Assembly (NCBI RefSeq): GCF_963921235.1
Contig: NC_086097.1
Span: forward strand, 179,058,001-179,122,000
Source: Mobula hypostoma
Taxonomy: Eukaryota
DNA: 64,000 bases
Reading direction: 5' to 3'
In this document: piece after piece, positions 10,889 through 23,185 of the stretch
Layout: every line of letters begins with the position of its first letter
Numbering within the stretch: the stretch's first letter is position 1
Notes under the pieces: model-generated
What the model was told of the DNA's origin: nothing
The model's database searches: none
What the model saw: only the letters and a program-made list of their open reading frames with translations
Position numbers and translations under genes: made by a program

Positions 10889-11889
10889 TGAAGGGCCCAA
10901 TGCCCTGCACCAACTTCTGTTACTGTAGTTCCTTAGTTTCCTTAAACCCTGTTTCTTGTACTGATACATTCATTACTTCAGAAGCACAAAGCTCAGACAA
11001 ACCAGCCCAGTTTTCAGTGCAGTCTGTGCAGCAGGCCGGAGCATGGGTGTGGGTGGGGGAAGGGCTAACAATGTTCCTCCAATGGCTCTCAGCTCTCAGC
11101 CCACCTCCTGGTTATCATTCTGTAATGTGAGCAAAAAGCAGAATTTCTTTCTTTAATTCTCTGGTGGTCTTTAATTGCTTTGTTTTCTAATTCCAGTTTC
11201 TAATTTTTATTAGTAAGCGATGAAGATCCTGGTAATAGAGTCCCTGGGGTTTGAAATTCCCCAGTAACAGACACTTGTGCATAACTTGTATCGTGTCTGT
11301 AGCACAACACATGACAAGGTCTTGCTGATGTTTCGAAGCCCTCCCTTACTTTCCTGAGCTATTTGTTATTGCCTTGTGCTTTCTTTTTCAAAGAAAAGGA
11401 AACTTAATTAAATATGGAAGAAAACTGCATGACATCTTTCATCCTAACGTGTCATTAAATTGGATTCCACAGGGGATGCCTTTAAAAGAGTTCAACAACA
11501 ATGAGTACTAAATCAGGTTTTTATAACAATCTCCTTGCGTAAACATACAATCACTGTTTATGTATATTTAATATAATTATCAGTTTTTCTCCTGTAATCT
11601 CAAGGGACCTATTTAACTAAAATGTGTTTCTTTTTTTTAAATGTCAGCTGAAATAATCTTGTTTGGTGTCTAATATTTAATATATTCCACTGAAACAGCT
11701 ACTCTGTTCCAAGAAAAATAATGTCAGGTCTCTTAAATCACTTGCTTTGACTGACCAGTAGGATAAGCTATGAAGTCATATGAATTAAATTAGCATAAGG
11801 AACGGTCTAACATTACAAAATGGGGCGGGGGCTGATGGTGTAGATAGATCAAAGTAGGTGCAGGAGAGAATTTTCAGCCTCTTGTAGAC

Positions 11890-12080
11890 ATAAAAGACTG
11901 CAGATGCTGAAAACCTGGAGCAAAGCATGAAAGGAGCAGAAAGAACTCAGGCAGTGTCCAAGGGGGAAATGGACAGGCAACATTTCGAGTGAAGGGTCTT
12001 GACCTGAAACATCAACTGACCATTTCCACTCATAGGTGCCGCCTGACCCACTGAATTCTTCCAGCGCCCTTCTGTGTTGG
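11890..12080. mobile_element. Older Penelope-like fold-back insertion
   Basis: Left arm agactgcagatgctg...ggaaatggacaggcaacatttcgag and right arm tgaagggtcttgacctgaaacatcaactgaccatttcc...tgtgttg are mutually inverted. Confidence 0.7.
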
Positions 12081-12137
12081 TTGAAACCCTTGTGCCTGTT
12101 TTGATATTAAAAAGGATTAAAGCTCGTCCATACCAAG

Positions 12138-12580
12138 AGTCATAGAAACATAGAGCAGCACAGCATCTTCGGCCCAACCAGTCCATGCTGACCACGGTGT
12201 GCACCCTGTCAGTCCCAGCTTCCTGGGTTTGGCCCATATCCCTCCAAACTGCACCTCTCCTTTTGTACCTATCAAAGTGCTTCTTAAATGTACCTGCTTC
12301 ACCCACTTCCTCTGGCAGTTCGTTCTATATACTAAGCACCCTCTGCATGAACAAGTTGCCCCTCAGGTCCCTTTTAAATTTTTCTCCTTACATCCTAAAT
12401 CTATGCCCTTAGCTTTGGACTCCCCTACCCTGTGGAAATCATCCACCTTTTCTCTGCCCCTCATTATTTTAAACACTTCTATAAAGCTGCCCTCATTTTT
12501 ATACATTCCAAGGGATGGAGGCCTAGCTTGGCCAATGTCTCCCTATAGCTTAGGCCTCTGGTCCTGGCAACATCCTCATC
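12138..12580 (-). mobile_element. CR1 3' fragment
   Basis: Starts with the reverse-complement tail gagtcatagaaacatag. Minus peptide GLSYRETLAKLGL. Confidence 0.85.
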
Positions 12581-12764
12581 AACCTCAACTTCATGGAACT
12601 CTTGGGGTAGTTCAGCAGTGGTGGCATTGTAGTTAACTTTCTGCATTATTGGTCCAAAACATGAGTTCAAATCTCACTACAGGAACCCAAGCAAGCTGGA
12701 CTTGAATGGACCTCTTGTATGATAAGGCTGAACTTTTGATTTCTCAATCAACTTCATTATCATT

Positions 12765-13115
12765 TTATAGAAGTTTCAAAGCTATGAGAGGCACAGGCAG
12801 AGAAGACAGCTGGTCTCCTTTTCCAGGGTCAAAATGTGAAATAACGGAGGACATGCACAAGGGGAGAGGGGTTAAGTTCAAAGGAGATATGCGGGGCAAG
12901 ATATTACTCAGAGAGTGGTGACTGCCCAGAAGGTGCTGCCAGGGATGGAGGTGGAGGCAGATATGGATAAGGTCATTAAGAGGCTCTTAGACAGGTATAT
13001 GCTGTAAATATGCAGTGAGTGATTTTGTCCATGTGTGGGCAGAAGGGATAAGGCATCACTAGCTTAAGTAGTTTGGCAAAATATCGTGGGCTGAAGGGCC
13101 TGATTTGTTCTGTAC
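12765..13115 (+). mobile_element. CR1 3' fragment
   Basis: GVKFKGDMRGK..QRVV region and 3' end gggctgaagggcctgatttgttctgtact. Confidence 0.8.
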
Positions 13116-14659
13116 TATCCCTATAGCTTATTGTCTGCCTGCCCTGTACATTCCCTGTCATTATAACACTTCTTCAGCACTCCCTTGTGCTACCAACATG
13201 TAGTGATGTTGGAATGATCTGTCTAATGGCAAGCAAAACAAAGTTTTTCGCTCTACCTGCAACAATTATAAACAATTAGCAGTTACCTTTTAACAGGAAA
13301 TACATTCTCAATGGTGACCCTGGAACAGTGAGATGCTGAAGATGTACGCCGGCCTCACTGATCTCCAACTGGAACCTTGCCCAGTGTGGTCCATACCTGA
13401 CTCCATTCTACCAGCAAGGACAAAGGTGAACACCACCAACTGTGGGTTCCCCTCCTTTAGGTGTAAGTGGGCCAAATGGCTTAATTCTATGCCTATGTCT
13501 TATGGTCTTATCTTTCTTGCTCATTGGAGCTTCATGACTCCTTCTGCCATGAGTACATGGTGGCCACATGATGCACTGCAGTTACTCACCCAGGCCATCC
13601 TGACAGCACCTCCCAACTCAACACTTCTCCCATCAGGGAGCACAAGGGTAACAGGTGTAAGCAAACTCCACTACCTACAAGTTCTTCTGTAGACATCGCA
13701 CCTTCCTGCATGGGAAATACATCACCATTTCATCATCATTCAGATTTATTTATTTAGCACGTGTACATTGAAACACAGAGTGAAATACGTTGTTCGCATT
13801 AACAACCAACGCAACCTAATGACATGCAGGGCACAGCCCGTGTCGCCACATCTTCCACCACTAGCATTGCATGCCCACAGTCAACAGAACAACACAACAA
13901 CAGTAACAAAACAAAACAAAAGCAAAACAAGTCCTTTTCTCCCTCTCACCTACCCATTCACTCACTCACACATACTCTAAACTCAGAACAGGCCACCTAC
14001 AGGTCTCCAAGCTCCAGTCTCTGGCCAGGACTCACAAAATTGCAGCCATCGAGCTTTTGACTTCTGGACAAGACGACCCAGGGGCATCAACCATTGGGCC
14101 TCAACTTTCAGTCTCACTGACTTCAGTCTTCCACCTTTGGGCCTGAATCTGAGGATGAGCAATAAATCATTAGATCTCCAAGAGAATTATCTCACCTCTA
14201 TATTTTAAAATAGAAATTTAAATATACACTTCTTGTGAGCTGACCTCATTAGCAAAGCAAGCACTTATTGCCCAACGCCCTAACAAAGATGGAGACCACA
14301 GAGTTCACTTGGTAGTCTAGTGTCAATTACCCATCTCTGTTGCCCTTGAGAAAGTGGAGGTAAGCCATCTTCATGACCGGATAATATTAGCTGTAAGGGG
14401 AGGTTGGAGCTTTAGTGTATAGAGAGATCTTGGGGTTCATGCCCATATCTCCCCAAAAGTAGCAACACAAGTACATAGTGTGGGAAAGAAAGTGTATGAT
14501 ACATTTGGTTTCATTATTCAGGGAACCGAGTATAGAAGTTGGCAAGTCACTTTGCGGCTGTACAAAATTTTGCTGAGAATGCATTTGAAGCATTGTGTGT
14601 AGCTCAGGTCTCCAAACTACAGGAAGGATTTGGAACCTTTGGAGACAGCACAGAATAGA

Positions 14660-15975
14660 AGGTCTCAAAGCTCTACGCTTCTTTTTGGATTCCAGACCTA
14701 ATCAGTTCCCCTCTACCACCACTCTGCTCCGTCTAGCGGAATTAGTCCTTACTCTTAATAATTTCTCCTTTTGCTTCTCCCATTTCCTCCAAACTAAAGG
14801 TGTAGCTATGGGCACCCGTATGGGTCCTAGCTATGCCTGCCTTTTTGTTGGGTTTGTGGAACAATCTATGTTCCGTGCCTATTCTGGTATCTGTCCCCCA
14901 CTTTTCCTTCGCTACATCGACGACTGCATTGGCGCTGCTTCCTGCACGCATGCAGAACTCGTTAACTTTATTAACTTTGCCTCCAACTTTCACCCTGCCC
15001 TCAAGTTTACCTGGTCCATTTCCGACACCTCCCTCCCCTTTCTAGATCTTTCTGTCTCTGTCTCTGGAGACAGCTGGAGATGTCTACTATAAGCCTACTG
15101 ACTCTCACAGCTATCTGGACTATTCCTCTTCTCACCCTGTCTCTTGCAAAAACGCCATCCCCTTCTCGCAATTCCTCCATCTCCGCCGCATCTGCTCTCA
15201 GGATGAGGCTTTTCATTCTAGGACGAGGGAGATGTCTTCATTTTTTAAAGAAAGGGGCTTCCCTTCCTCCACTATCAACTCTGCTCTTAAACGCATCTCC
15301 CCCATTTCACGTACATCTGCTCTCACTCCATCCTCCCACCACCCCAATAGGAATAGGGTTCCCCTGGTCCTCACCTACCACCCCACCAGCCTCCGGGTCC
15401 AACATATTATTCTCCGTAACTTCCGCCACCTCCAACGGGATCCCACCACTAAGCACATCTTTCCCTCCCCCCCTCCCTCTGCATTCCACAGGGATCGCTC
15501 CCTACACAACTCCCTTGTTCATTCGTCCCCCCCATCCCTCCCCACTGATCTCCCTCCTGGCACTTATCCGTGTAAGCGGAACAAGTGCTACACATGCCCT
15601 TACACTTCCTCCCTTACCACCATTCAGGGCCCCAAACAGTCCTTCCAGGTGAGGCATCACTTCACCTGTGAGTCAACTGGGGTGATATACTGCGTCCGGT
15701 GCTCCCGATGTGGCCTTTTATATATTGGTGAGACCCGACGCAGACTGGGAGACCGCTTTGCTGAACATCTACGCTCTGTCTGCCAGAGAAAGCAGGATCT
15801 CCCAGTGGCCACACATTTTAATTCCACATCCCATTCCCATTCTGACATGTCTATCCACGGCCTCCTCTACTGTAAAGATGAAGCCACACTCAGGTTGGAG
15901 GAACAACACCTTATATTCCGTCTGGGTAGCCTCCAACCTGATGGCATGAACATTGACTTCTCTAACTTCCGCTAG
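14660..15975 (+). pseudogene. PLE RT + GIY-YIG endonuclease ORF, 5'-truncated, one frameshift near 15075
   Basis: QTKGVAMGTRMGPSYA and FLRYIDD (RT), CKRNKCYTC Cys linker, VIYCVRCSRCGLLYIGET...RFAEH...GMN (GIY-YIG). Confidence 0.93.
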
Positions 15976-16270
15976 GCCCCACCTCCCCCTCGTACCCCAG
16001 CTGTTACTCATTTTTATGCACACATTCTTTCTCTCACTCTCCTTTTTCTCCCTCTGTCCCTCTGAATATACCTCTTGCCCATCCTCTGGGTCACCCCCCC
16101 CCCCCGGTCTTTCTTCCCGGACCTCCTGTCCCATGATCCTCTCGTATCCCCTTTTGCCTATCACCTGTCCAGCTCTCGGCTCTATCCCTCCCCCTCCTGT
16201 CTTCTCCTATCATTTTGCATCTCCCCCTCCCCCTCCAGCTTTCAAATCCCTTACTCATTCTTCCTTCAGT

Positions 16271-16308
16271 TAGTCCTGACGAAGGGTCTCGGCCTGAAAC
16301 GTCGACTG
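16271..16308 (+). ncRNA. Minimal type I hammerhead ribozyme motif in the PLE 3' repeat
   Basis: tagtc CTGACGA agggtctcggcct GAAA cg TC gactg: stem I tagtc/gactg, conserved core, short stem II and palindromic ACGT stem III. PLEs are known to carry such minimal hammerheads. Activity is untested. Confidence 0.75.
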
Positions 16309-17439
16309 CACCTCTTCCTATAGATGCTGCTTGGCCTGCTGCGTTCACCAGCAACTTTGATGTATGTCACAGAATAGATTCATCAGGTTGTTTCCTGGTT
16401 CAGAGGGTATGAGCTATGAGAGGAGATTGGACAGACTTAGGTTGTTTTCTCTGCAGAAGTTTGTAAAATTATGAGCGATGTAGATAGGGTAGACAGTCAG
16501 GATCTTCTCCCAGGACAGGCATATCTTGAAGGTGTAGGGCAGGAAGTTTAAAGGAGATGCATGGGTGAGAGTGATGTGTTCTTGGAACACACTGCCTGTA
16601 GAGGTGGTGGAAGCAGATACCACGGCCACAGGCATTTAAACAGACTCATAAAGAGGCACGAAATGGAGGTATATGGACCATAAAGAGGCAGATGGCATTG
16701 GTCCGATGGGTTGGCACAGAGGGCATGAGCTGATAACGGCGATATATTTTACACACCAAAAGTACACTTGTAGTTAGCATCTGGAATGAGCTGCCATGAG
16801 GTGGTGGAGGCAGGAACAAGCAAATTTGAATTACATAGATAGGGATGATGCATGGTGACACTTGCAGGCTGCCTCCAGCACTTTCTTAGGTTGTGTTGGT
16901 TTTTAATGCAAACAAAGTATTTTACAGTATGTTTCATTTTACATGTGATAATTAAATGAATATGATAGTTGGCATGGAGGTGTTGGGCCAAATGTTGTGC
17001 AACTCTGTACAATTCCATGACTCTATATCAAACACAATGTAAAAACTTACATTTATCCATGCAAAAACTTATAAGTCAGATCCCCTTTAAAACTCACTCT
17101 TATACTGTACACTTATAACAGGTTCCCTCCTTGGCCTCCTTGGTTAAAGCAGGGAGTTTTCTCCAACAGAACCTAAACCTAAAACATCTACAATTCCTCT
17201 CTCCCCCACCCTCCCCCCCAGCAGATCCAGCTTGAACCACTGAGTTCCTCTAGCCTTTTGTGTGTTGCTTTAGTCTCTTCTAATTCCATTAAATACTTAT
17301 CAGGCAGAAGATTTTAACAAAAATTCGCTGTTCCTGGGAAATAAGGTACGTTCAGTGGGTCCTCTTTAGTAGTTGTAATCTTTACAATTCAGGCAAGCCT
17401 CTTCCAGCTGACTGGGTTACCCGTCAATGCTTAACAGTC

Positions 17440-20400
17440 AAGTCATTGGTTATAGAAAATGGGATACAGTATTATCTTGCAGTCATACAAGTCAATCATA
17501 AGGCTGCACTTGGAATACTGTTTCCAGTTTTGGTCACCCTGTTATGGGAAAGATGAGGTTAAACAGGAAAGAGTGCAGAGAGATCTATGTGAATGTTGTT
17601 CGAACTGGAAGGCATGAATTATAGGGGGAGGTTGACCAGGGCTAGGTCTTCATTCCTTGGAACATTGGAGAAATAGGGGCAACATTATAGAAATGTTTAA
17701 AATTATGAGGCTTAGATAAGGTGGACAATAGCACTCCTTTCCCCAGGGTAGAAGGGTCCAAAGCTAGGTGGCATGGATCTAGGATGAAAGGGGAAAGTTG
17801 ACTGGAAAGGGACACTGGCGAGAAAGACAGCACAGCAGCAGTGGCTGGAGTTTATGCGAGAAGTGAGGAAGGTGCAAGACAGGTATATTCCAAAAAAGAA
17901 GAAATTTTCGAATGGAAAAAGGATGCAACCATGGTTGACAAGAGAAGACAAAGCCAAAGTTAAAGCAAAGGAGAGGGCATACAAGGAAGCAAAAATTAGT
18001 GGGAAGACAGAAGATTGGGAAGTTTTTAAAACCTTACAACAGGGAACCAAGAAGGTCATTAAGAGGGAAAAGATTAACTATGAAAGGAAGCTAGCAAATA
18101 ATATCAAAGAGGATACTAAAAGCTTTTTCAAGTATATAAAGAGTAAAAGACAGGTGAGAGTTGCAGTGCAATAAAGTTGCAGTGAAATCAAAGCAAAAAG
18201 TATCAAATACTGGTCTTAAGGTGTTGTACTTAAATGAACGCAGCATAAGGAATAAGGTGGATGATCTTGTCGTACAGCTACAGATTGGCAGGTATGATAT
18301 TGTGGCCATCACTGAGACCTGGCTAAAGGATGCATGTCTCTGGGAACTGCATGTCCAAGGATACACGGTGTATCGGAAGGATAGGAAGGTAGGAAGAGGG
18401 GGAGGCGTGGCTTTATTGGTAAGAAATTATATTAAATCATTAGAAAGAGGTGACATAGGATTGGAAGGCGCAGAAGCTGTATGGGTTGAGCTAAGAAATA
18501 GCAGGGGTAAAAGGACCCTGATAGCAGTTATTTATAGGCCTCCAAACAGCTGCAGGGATGTGGACTACAAATTACAACTGGAAATAGCAAAGGCTTGTCA
18601 GAAGGGCAGTGTTATGATAATTGTGGGGGATTTTAACATGCGAGTAGATTGGGAAAATCAGGTCAGCACTGGATCTCAAGAGAGAGAATTTGTAGAATGT
18701 CTGCGAGATGGCTTTTTAGAACAGATTGTTGTTGAGCCCACTAGGGGATCGGCTGTACTGGATTGGGTATTGTGTAATGAACCGGAGGTGATTGGAGAGA
18801 TTGAGGTGAAGGAATCCTTAGGAGGCAGTAATCATAACATGATTGAGTTCACTGTGAAATTAGAAAAAGAGAAGCCGAAATCTGATGTGTCGGTATTTCA
18901 GTGGAGTAAAGGAAATTACAGTGGCATGAGAGAGGAACTGGCCAAAGTTGACTTGAAAGGGACACTGGCGGGAAAGACAGCAGAGCAGCAGTGGCTGGAG
19001 TTTATGTGAGAAATGAGGAATGTGCAAGACAGATATATTCCAAAAAAGAAGAAATTTTCGAGTGGAAAAAGGATGCAACCGTGGTTGACAAGAGAAGTCA
19101 AAGCCAAAGTTAAAGCTAAGGAGAGGGCAGACGAGGAAGCAAAAATTAGTGGGAAGACAGAGGATTGGGAAGTTTTTAAAAGCTTACAAAAGGAAACTAA
19201 GAAGGTCATGAAGAGAGAAAAGATGAACTATGAAAGGAAGCTAGCAAATAATATCAAAGAGGATACTAAAAGCTTTTTCAAGTATCTAAAGAGTAAAAGA
19301 CAGGTGAGAGTAGATATAGGACCGATAGAAAATGATGCTGGAGAAATTGTAATGGGAGATGAGGAGATGGCAGAGGAACTGAATGAGTATTTTGCATCAG
19401 TCTTCACTGAGGAAGACATCAGCAGTATACCAGACACTTAAGGGTGGCAGGGAAGAGAAGTGTGCGCAGTCACAATTACGACAGAGGAAGTACTCAGGAA
19501 GCTGAATAGGCTAAAGGTAGATAAATCTCCTGGACCAGATGGAATGCACCCTCGTGTTCTGAAGGAAGTAGCTGTGGAGATTACGGAGGCATTAGCGATG
19601 ATCTTTCAAAAGTCAATAGATTCTGGCATGGTTCCGGAAGACTGGAAAATTGCAAATGTCATTCTGCTATTTAAGAAGGGGGCAAGGAAGCAAAAAGGAA
19701 ATTATAGACCTGTTAGCTTGACGTCGGTGGTTGGGAAGTTGTTGGAGTCGATTGTCAAGGATGAGGTTACAGAGTACCTGGAGGCATATGACAAGATAGA
19801 CAGAACTCAGCATGGATTCCTTAAAGGAAAATCCTGCCTGACAAACCTATTACAATTGTTTGAGGAAATTACCAGTAGGCTAGACAAGGAAGATGCAGTG
19901 GATGTTGTATATTTGGATTTTCAGAAGGCCTTTGACAAGGTGCCACACATGAGGCTACTTAACAAGATAAGAGCCCATGGAATTACAGGAAAGTTACATA
20001 GGTGGATAGAGTGTTGGCTGATTGGCAGGAAACAGAGAGTGGGAATAAAGGGATCCTATTCTGGTTGGCTGCCGGTTACCAGTGATGTTCCACAGGGATC
20101 AGTGTTGGGGCCACCTCTTTTTACGTTGTACATCAACAATTTGGATTATGGAATAGATGGCTTTGTGGCTAAGTTTGCTGATGATACGAAGATAGGTGGA
20201 GGGGCCGGTAGTGCTGAGGAAACGGAGAGTCTGCAGAGAGACTTGGATAGATTGGAAGAATGGGCAGAGAAGTGGCAAATGAAGTACAATGTTGGAAAGT
20301 GTATGGTATGCACTTTGGCAGAAGAAATAGACGGGCAGACTATTATTTAAATGGGGAAAGAATTCAAAGTTCTGAGATGCAACGGGACTTGGGAGTCCTC

Positions 20401-21310
20401 GTACAGGATACCCTTAAAGTTAACCTCCAGGTTGAGTCAGTAGTGAAGAAGGCGAATGCAATGTTGGCATTCATTTCGAGAGGAATAGAGTATAGGAGCA
20501 GGGATGTGATGTTGAGGCTCTATAAGGCGCTGGTGAGACCTCACTTGGAGTACTGTGGGCAGTTTTGGTCTCCTTTTTTAAGAAAGGATGTGCTGACATT
20601 GGAGAGGGTACAGAGAAGATTCACTAGAATAATTCCGGGAATGAGAGGGTTAACATATGAGGAACGTTTGTCCGCTCTTGGACTGTATTCCTTGGAGTTT
20701 AGAAGAGTGAGGGGAGACCTCATAGAAACATTTCGAATGTTAAAAGGCATGGACAGAGTGGATGTGGCAAAGTTGTTTCCCATGATGGGGAAGTCTCGTA
20801 CGAGAGGGCATGACTTAAGGATTGAAGGGCGCCCATTCAGAACAGAAATGCAAATAAATTTTTTTAGTCACAGGGTGGTGAATCTATGGAATTTGTTGCC
20901 ACAGGCAGCAGTGGAGGCCAAGTCATTGGGTGTATTTAAGGCAGAGATTGATAGGTATCTGAGTAGCCAGGGCATCAAAGGTTATGGTGAGAAGGCGGGG
21001 GAGTGGGGCTAAATGGGAAAATGGATCAGCTCATGATAAAATGGCAGAGCAGACTCGATGGGCCAAATGGCCGACTTCTGCTCCTTTGTCTTATGGTCTT
21101 ATTTCAAAGGGTCCTGAGAGGCAAGTTCTTCACACAGAGGGTGGTGAGTAGATGGAATGAGTTGCCAGAGGAAGTGGTTGAGGCAGATACAATAGTATCA
21201 TTTGAGAAGCATGTGGATAGGTAGATGGGGCAGGGGTGGAGATCTGAGGGATATGGGCCGAAGACAGGAAGTTGAGTGTAGCTGGGTGTACACCATGGTC
21301 AGCATGGACT
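17440..21310 (+). mobile_element. Old CR1 3' fragment hosting a younger CR1
   Basis: Left part ends aggatgaaaggggaaag (17797) and resumes atttcaaagggtcctgagaggcaag (21101), contiguous when compared with other CR1 copies in the window. Confidence 0.8.
17798..21100 (+). mobile_element. Young CR1 LINE with almost complete ORF2 (APE-linker-RT), 5'-truncated, extra internal segment at the 5' end
   Basis: ORFs 18161..19009 (ITETWL, YRPP, GDFN), 19013..19441, 19460..20350 (RT, KFADD) and 20260..21012 are separated only by two stops and one frameshift. Tail tcttatggtctt. Confidence 0.97.
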
Positions 21311-21459
21311 GTGGGCTTTGGTGAATGAAATACCGGTGAGGACAATGATTGATGAGCAGCAACAAATGGGGTTTCCATCTTACTTTACTACTTTTACTCT
21401 CTTAGTAAAGAAAAGGTCAGGAGCAGATTGTAGTCACTTCATAGACTGATGAGCCTAAC

Positions 21460-22132
21460 TCAACCACACTGACATTTTTGCCCAGGTTGTGTTGATATAA
21501 GCATGAAGAAAACACATCAATGTCTCTACTTTCTCAGAAAGTTAAAATAATTCAGCATTCACCACAGACTCTGATAAATTTCTTCTGCTGTACAGTGGAA
21601 AGGATTCTGAATGGTTGTATCATGGTCTGATATGGAGCCGCCAAAGCACAGCCACGAAAAAGGCGAAAGAGAGTGGGGAGCTCAGCCAGGTCGCTCTCCC
21701 CATCACTGAGGACATCTGCAAGAGGCAAAGTATCAGGAAGGCGACATCCATCATCAGGGATCTTCACCATGCGGGCCATGCCTTCTTCTTGCTGCTTCCA
21801 TCGGGCAGGAGGTACCGGAGCCTGAAGACGGACACCTCTAGGTTCAGCAATATCTTCCTCCCCACTGCCATCGGGTTCCTAAACCGATCTGAAAAACATT
21901 ATCTTAGACTGCATTTCTTTATCTCTTTCTCAAATTGTACTAATGTTGTTATGTTAATTTTGTTGTTTACTTATCTGAATGTGTAATTTATGTTAATCAA
22001 GTTTATGTTAATTTATGTTTGTTGAGTTTGTTCGGTACTGCGCTGCTGCTGCAAAGTGCTGATTTTCACGGTCCTTACTGTACACCCTGTGTACGTAAGC
22101 CCATGACAATAAACCTGAAGTTGAACTTGAAC
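21460..22132 (+). mobile_element. Rex1/Babar-like LINE 3' portion
   Basis: KKTHQCLYFLRKL...CTVERIL remnants, ORF 21615..21986 with LLPSGRRYRSLKTDTSRFSNIFLPTAI, and tail gacaataaacctgaagttgaacttgaac. Confidence 0.85.
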
Positions 22133-22199
22133 AAGAGGGTAATAAGCCATTTGTGTAATTAAAGTCAAAGTTGAGTTTATTGTCATAAGCACAATACAT

Positions 22200-22580
22200 A
22201 GAGTTATAGAACATTGCAGCACAGAAACAGACCATTCAGCCCATGTTGGCCATGCTGAACCATTATTCTGTCTAGTCCCATTGACCTGCACCGGACCATA
22301 GCGCTCCATACCTCTCCCCTCCATGTACCTATCCAACATCCTCCTAAATATTGAAATCAAAACTGGATCCACCACTTGCACTCAAAGCACATTCCACACT
22401 CTCATCTCTCTCATGTTCCCCTTAAATATTTCACCTTTCACCCTTAACCCATGACCTCTCATTGTATTCTTACCTAAGCTCAGTGGAAACAGCCTGCTTG
22501 CATTTATCCTACCTTATCTTCTACTTTGTACATTCTAGGGAATAAGTCCTAACCTATTCAACTATCCCTATAACTCAGGT
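22200..22580 (-). mobile_element. CR1 3' fragment
   Basis: Minus peptide FRRMLDRYMEGRGMERYG and reverse-complement tail at the left end. Confidence 0.8.
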
Positions 22581-22624
22581 ATATATATATATGTATATGT
22601 AATAGGTTTGGCAAATGTATGTAC

Positions 22625-23185
22625 AAATTTCAAAGTAAATTAATTATCAAAGTACACAAATGTCACTATATACAACCCTGAGATTCGTTTTCTTTGGGCA
22701 TTCTTGGTAAATACAAGAAATACAATAGAAACAATGAAAGATTGCACCCAACAAGACTGACACAAGCACAAGGAAAAGCTTACTTGCAGCAGAATTACAG
22801 ACGCATAGTATCAGATGAACAGCTTTAACAAGAAAAACATCAAGTAAACCTGAATTATACATAATTATTATAAGAAAGAACATGATTAGAAAACAAAGAG
22901 TCCAATTTATTGCTAGATGGTCATAGTGTTGTTGTACAGAAGTAATGATCAGGTTTGTGTCGGGTTGATCTGGAACAGAATGGCGGAAGGAAAGTAGCTG
23001 CTCTTGAACCTAGCCGTGTGGGACTTCAGGTTTGTGTACCTCCTGCCTGATGGTAGCTGCAAGAAGAGGGCATGGCCCTAATGGTGGCCATCTTTGATGA
23101 TGAATGGTGCATTCTCGAGGCAGCACCTCCTATAGATCCTACTGATGGTGGGGTACGCTATGCCACTGATGTACTGGGCTGATCC
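22625..23185 (-). mobile_element. Rex1-like LINE fragments (same family as 218-1010)
   Basis: aagtagctgctcttgaacctagccgtgtgggacttcaggtttgtgtacctcctgcctgatggtag is the uninterrupted counterpart of 499-790. Confidence 0.75.

Larger units (their letters stand above)
14660..16367 (+). mobile_element. Young 5'-truncated Penelope-like element (Neptune type) with 11-bp TSD
   Basis: TSD cacagaataga at 14649-14659 and 16368-16378. Contains RT, thumb and GIY-YIG coding sequence, a pyrimidine-rich 3'UTR and a terminal repeat. Confidence 0.95.
14410..16730 (+). mobile_element. Old CR1 3' fragment interrupted by a PLE
   Basis: Removing 14660-16378 restores ttggagacagcacagaatagattcatcagg (LERVQRRFTR-like). 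Confidence 0.8.

Noticed and set aside
18161..21012. Active autonomous CR1
   Set aside because: Two in-frame stops, a frameshift and no ORF1 or 5'UTR.
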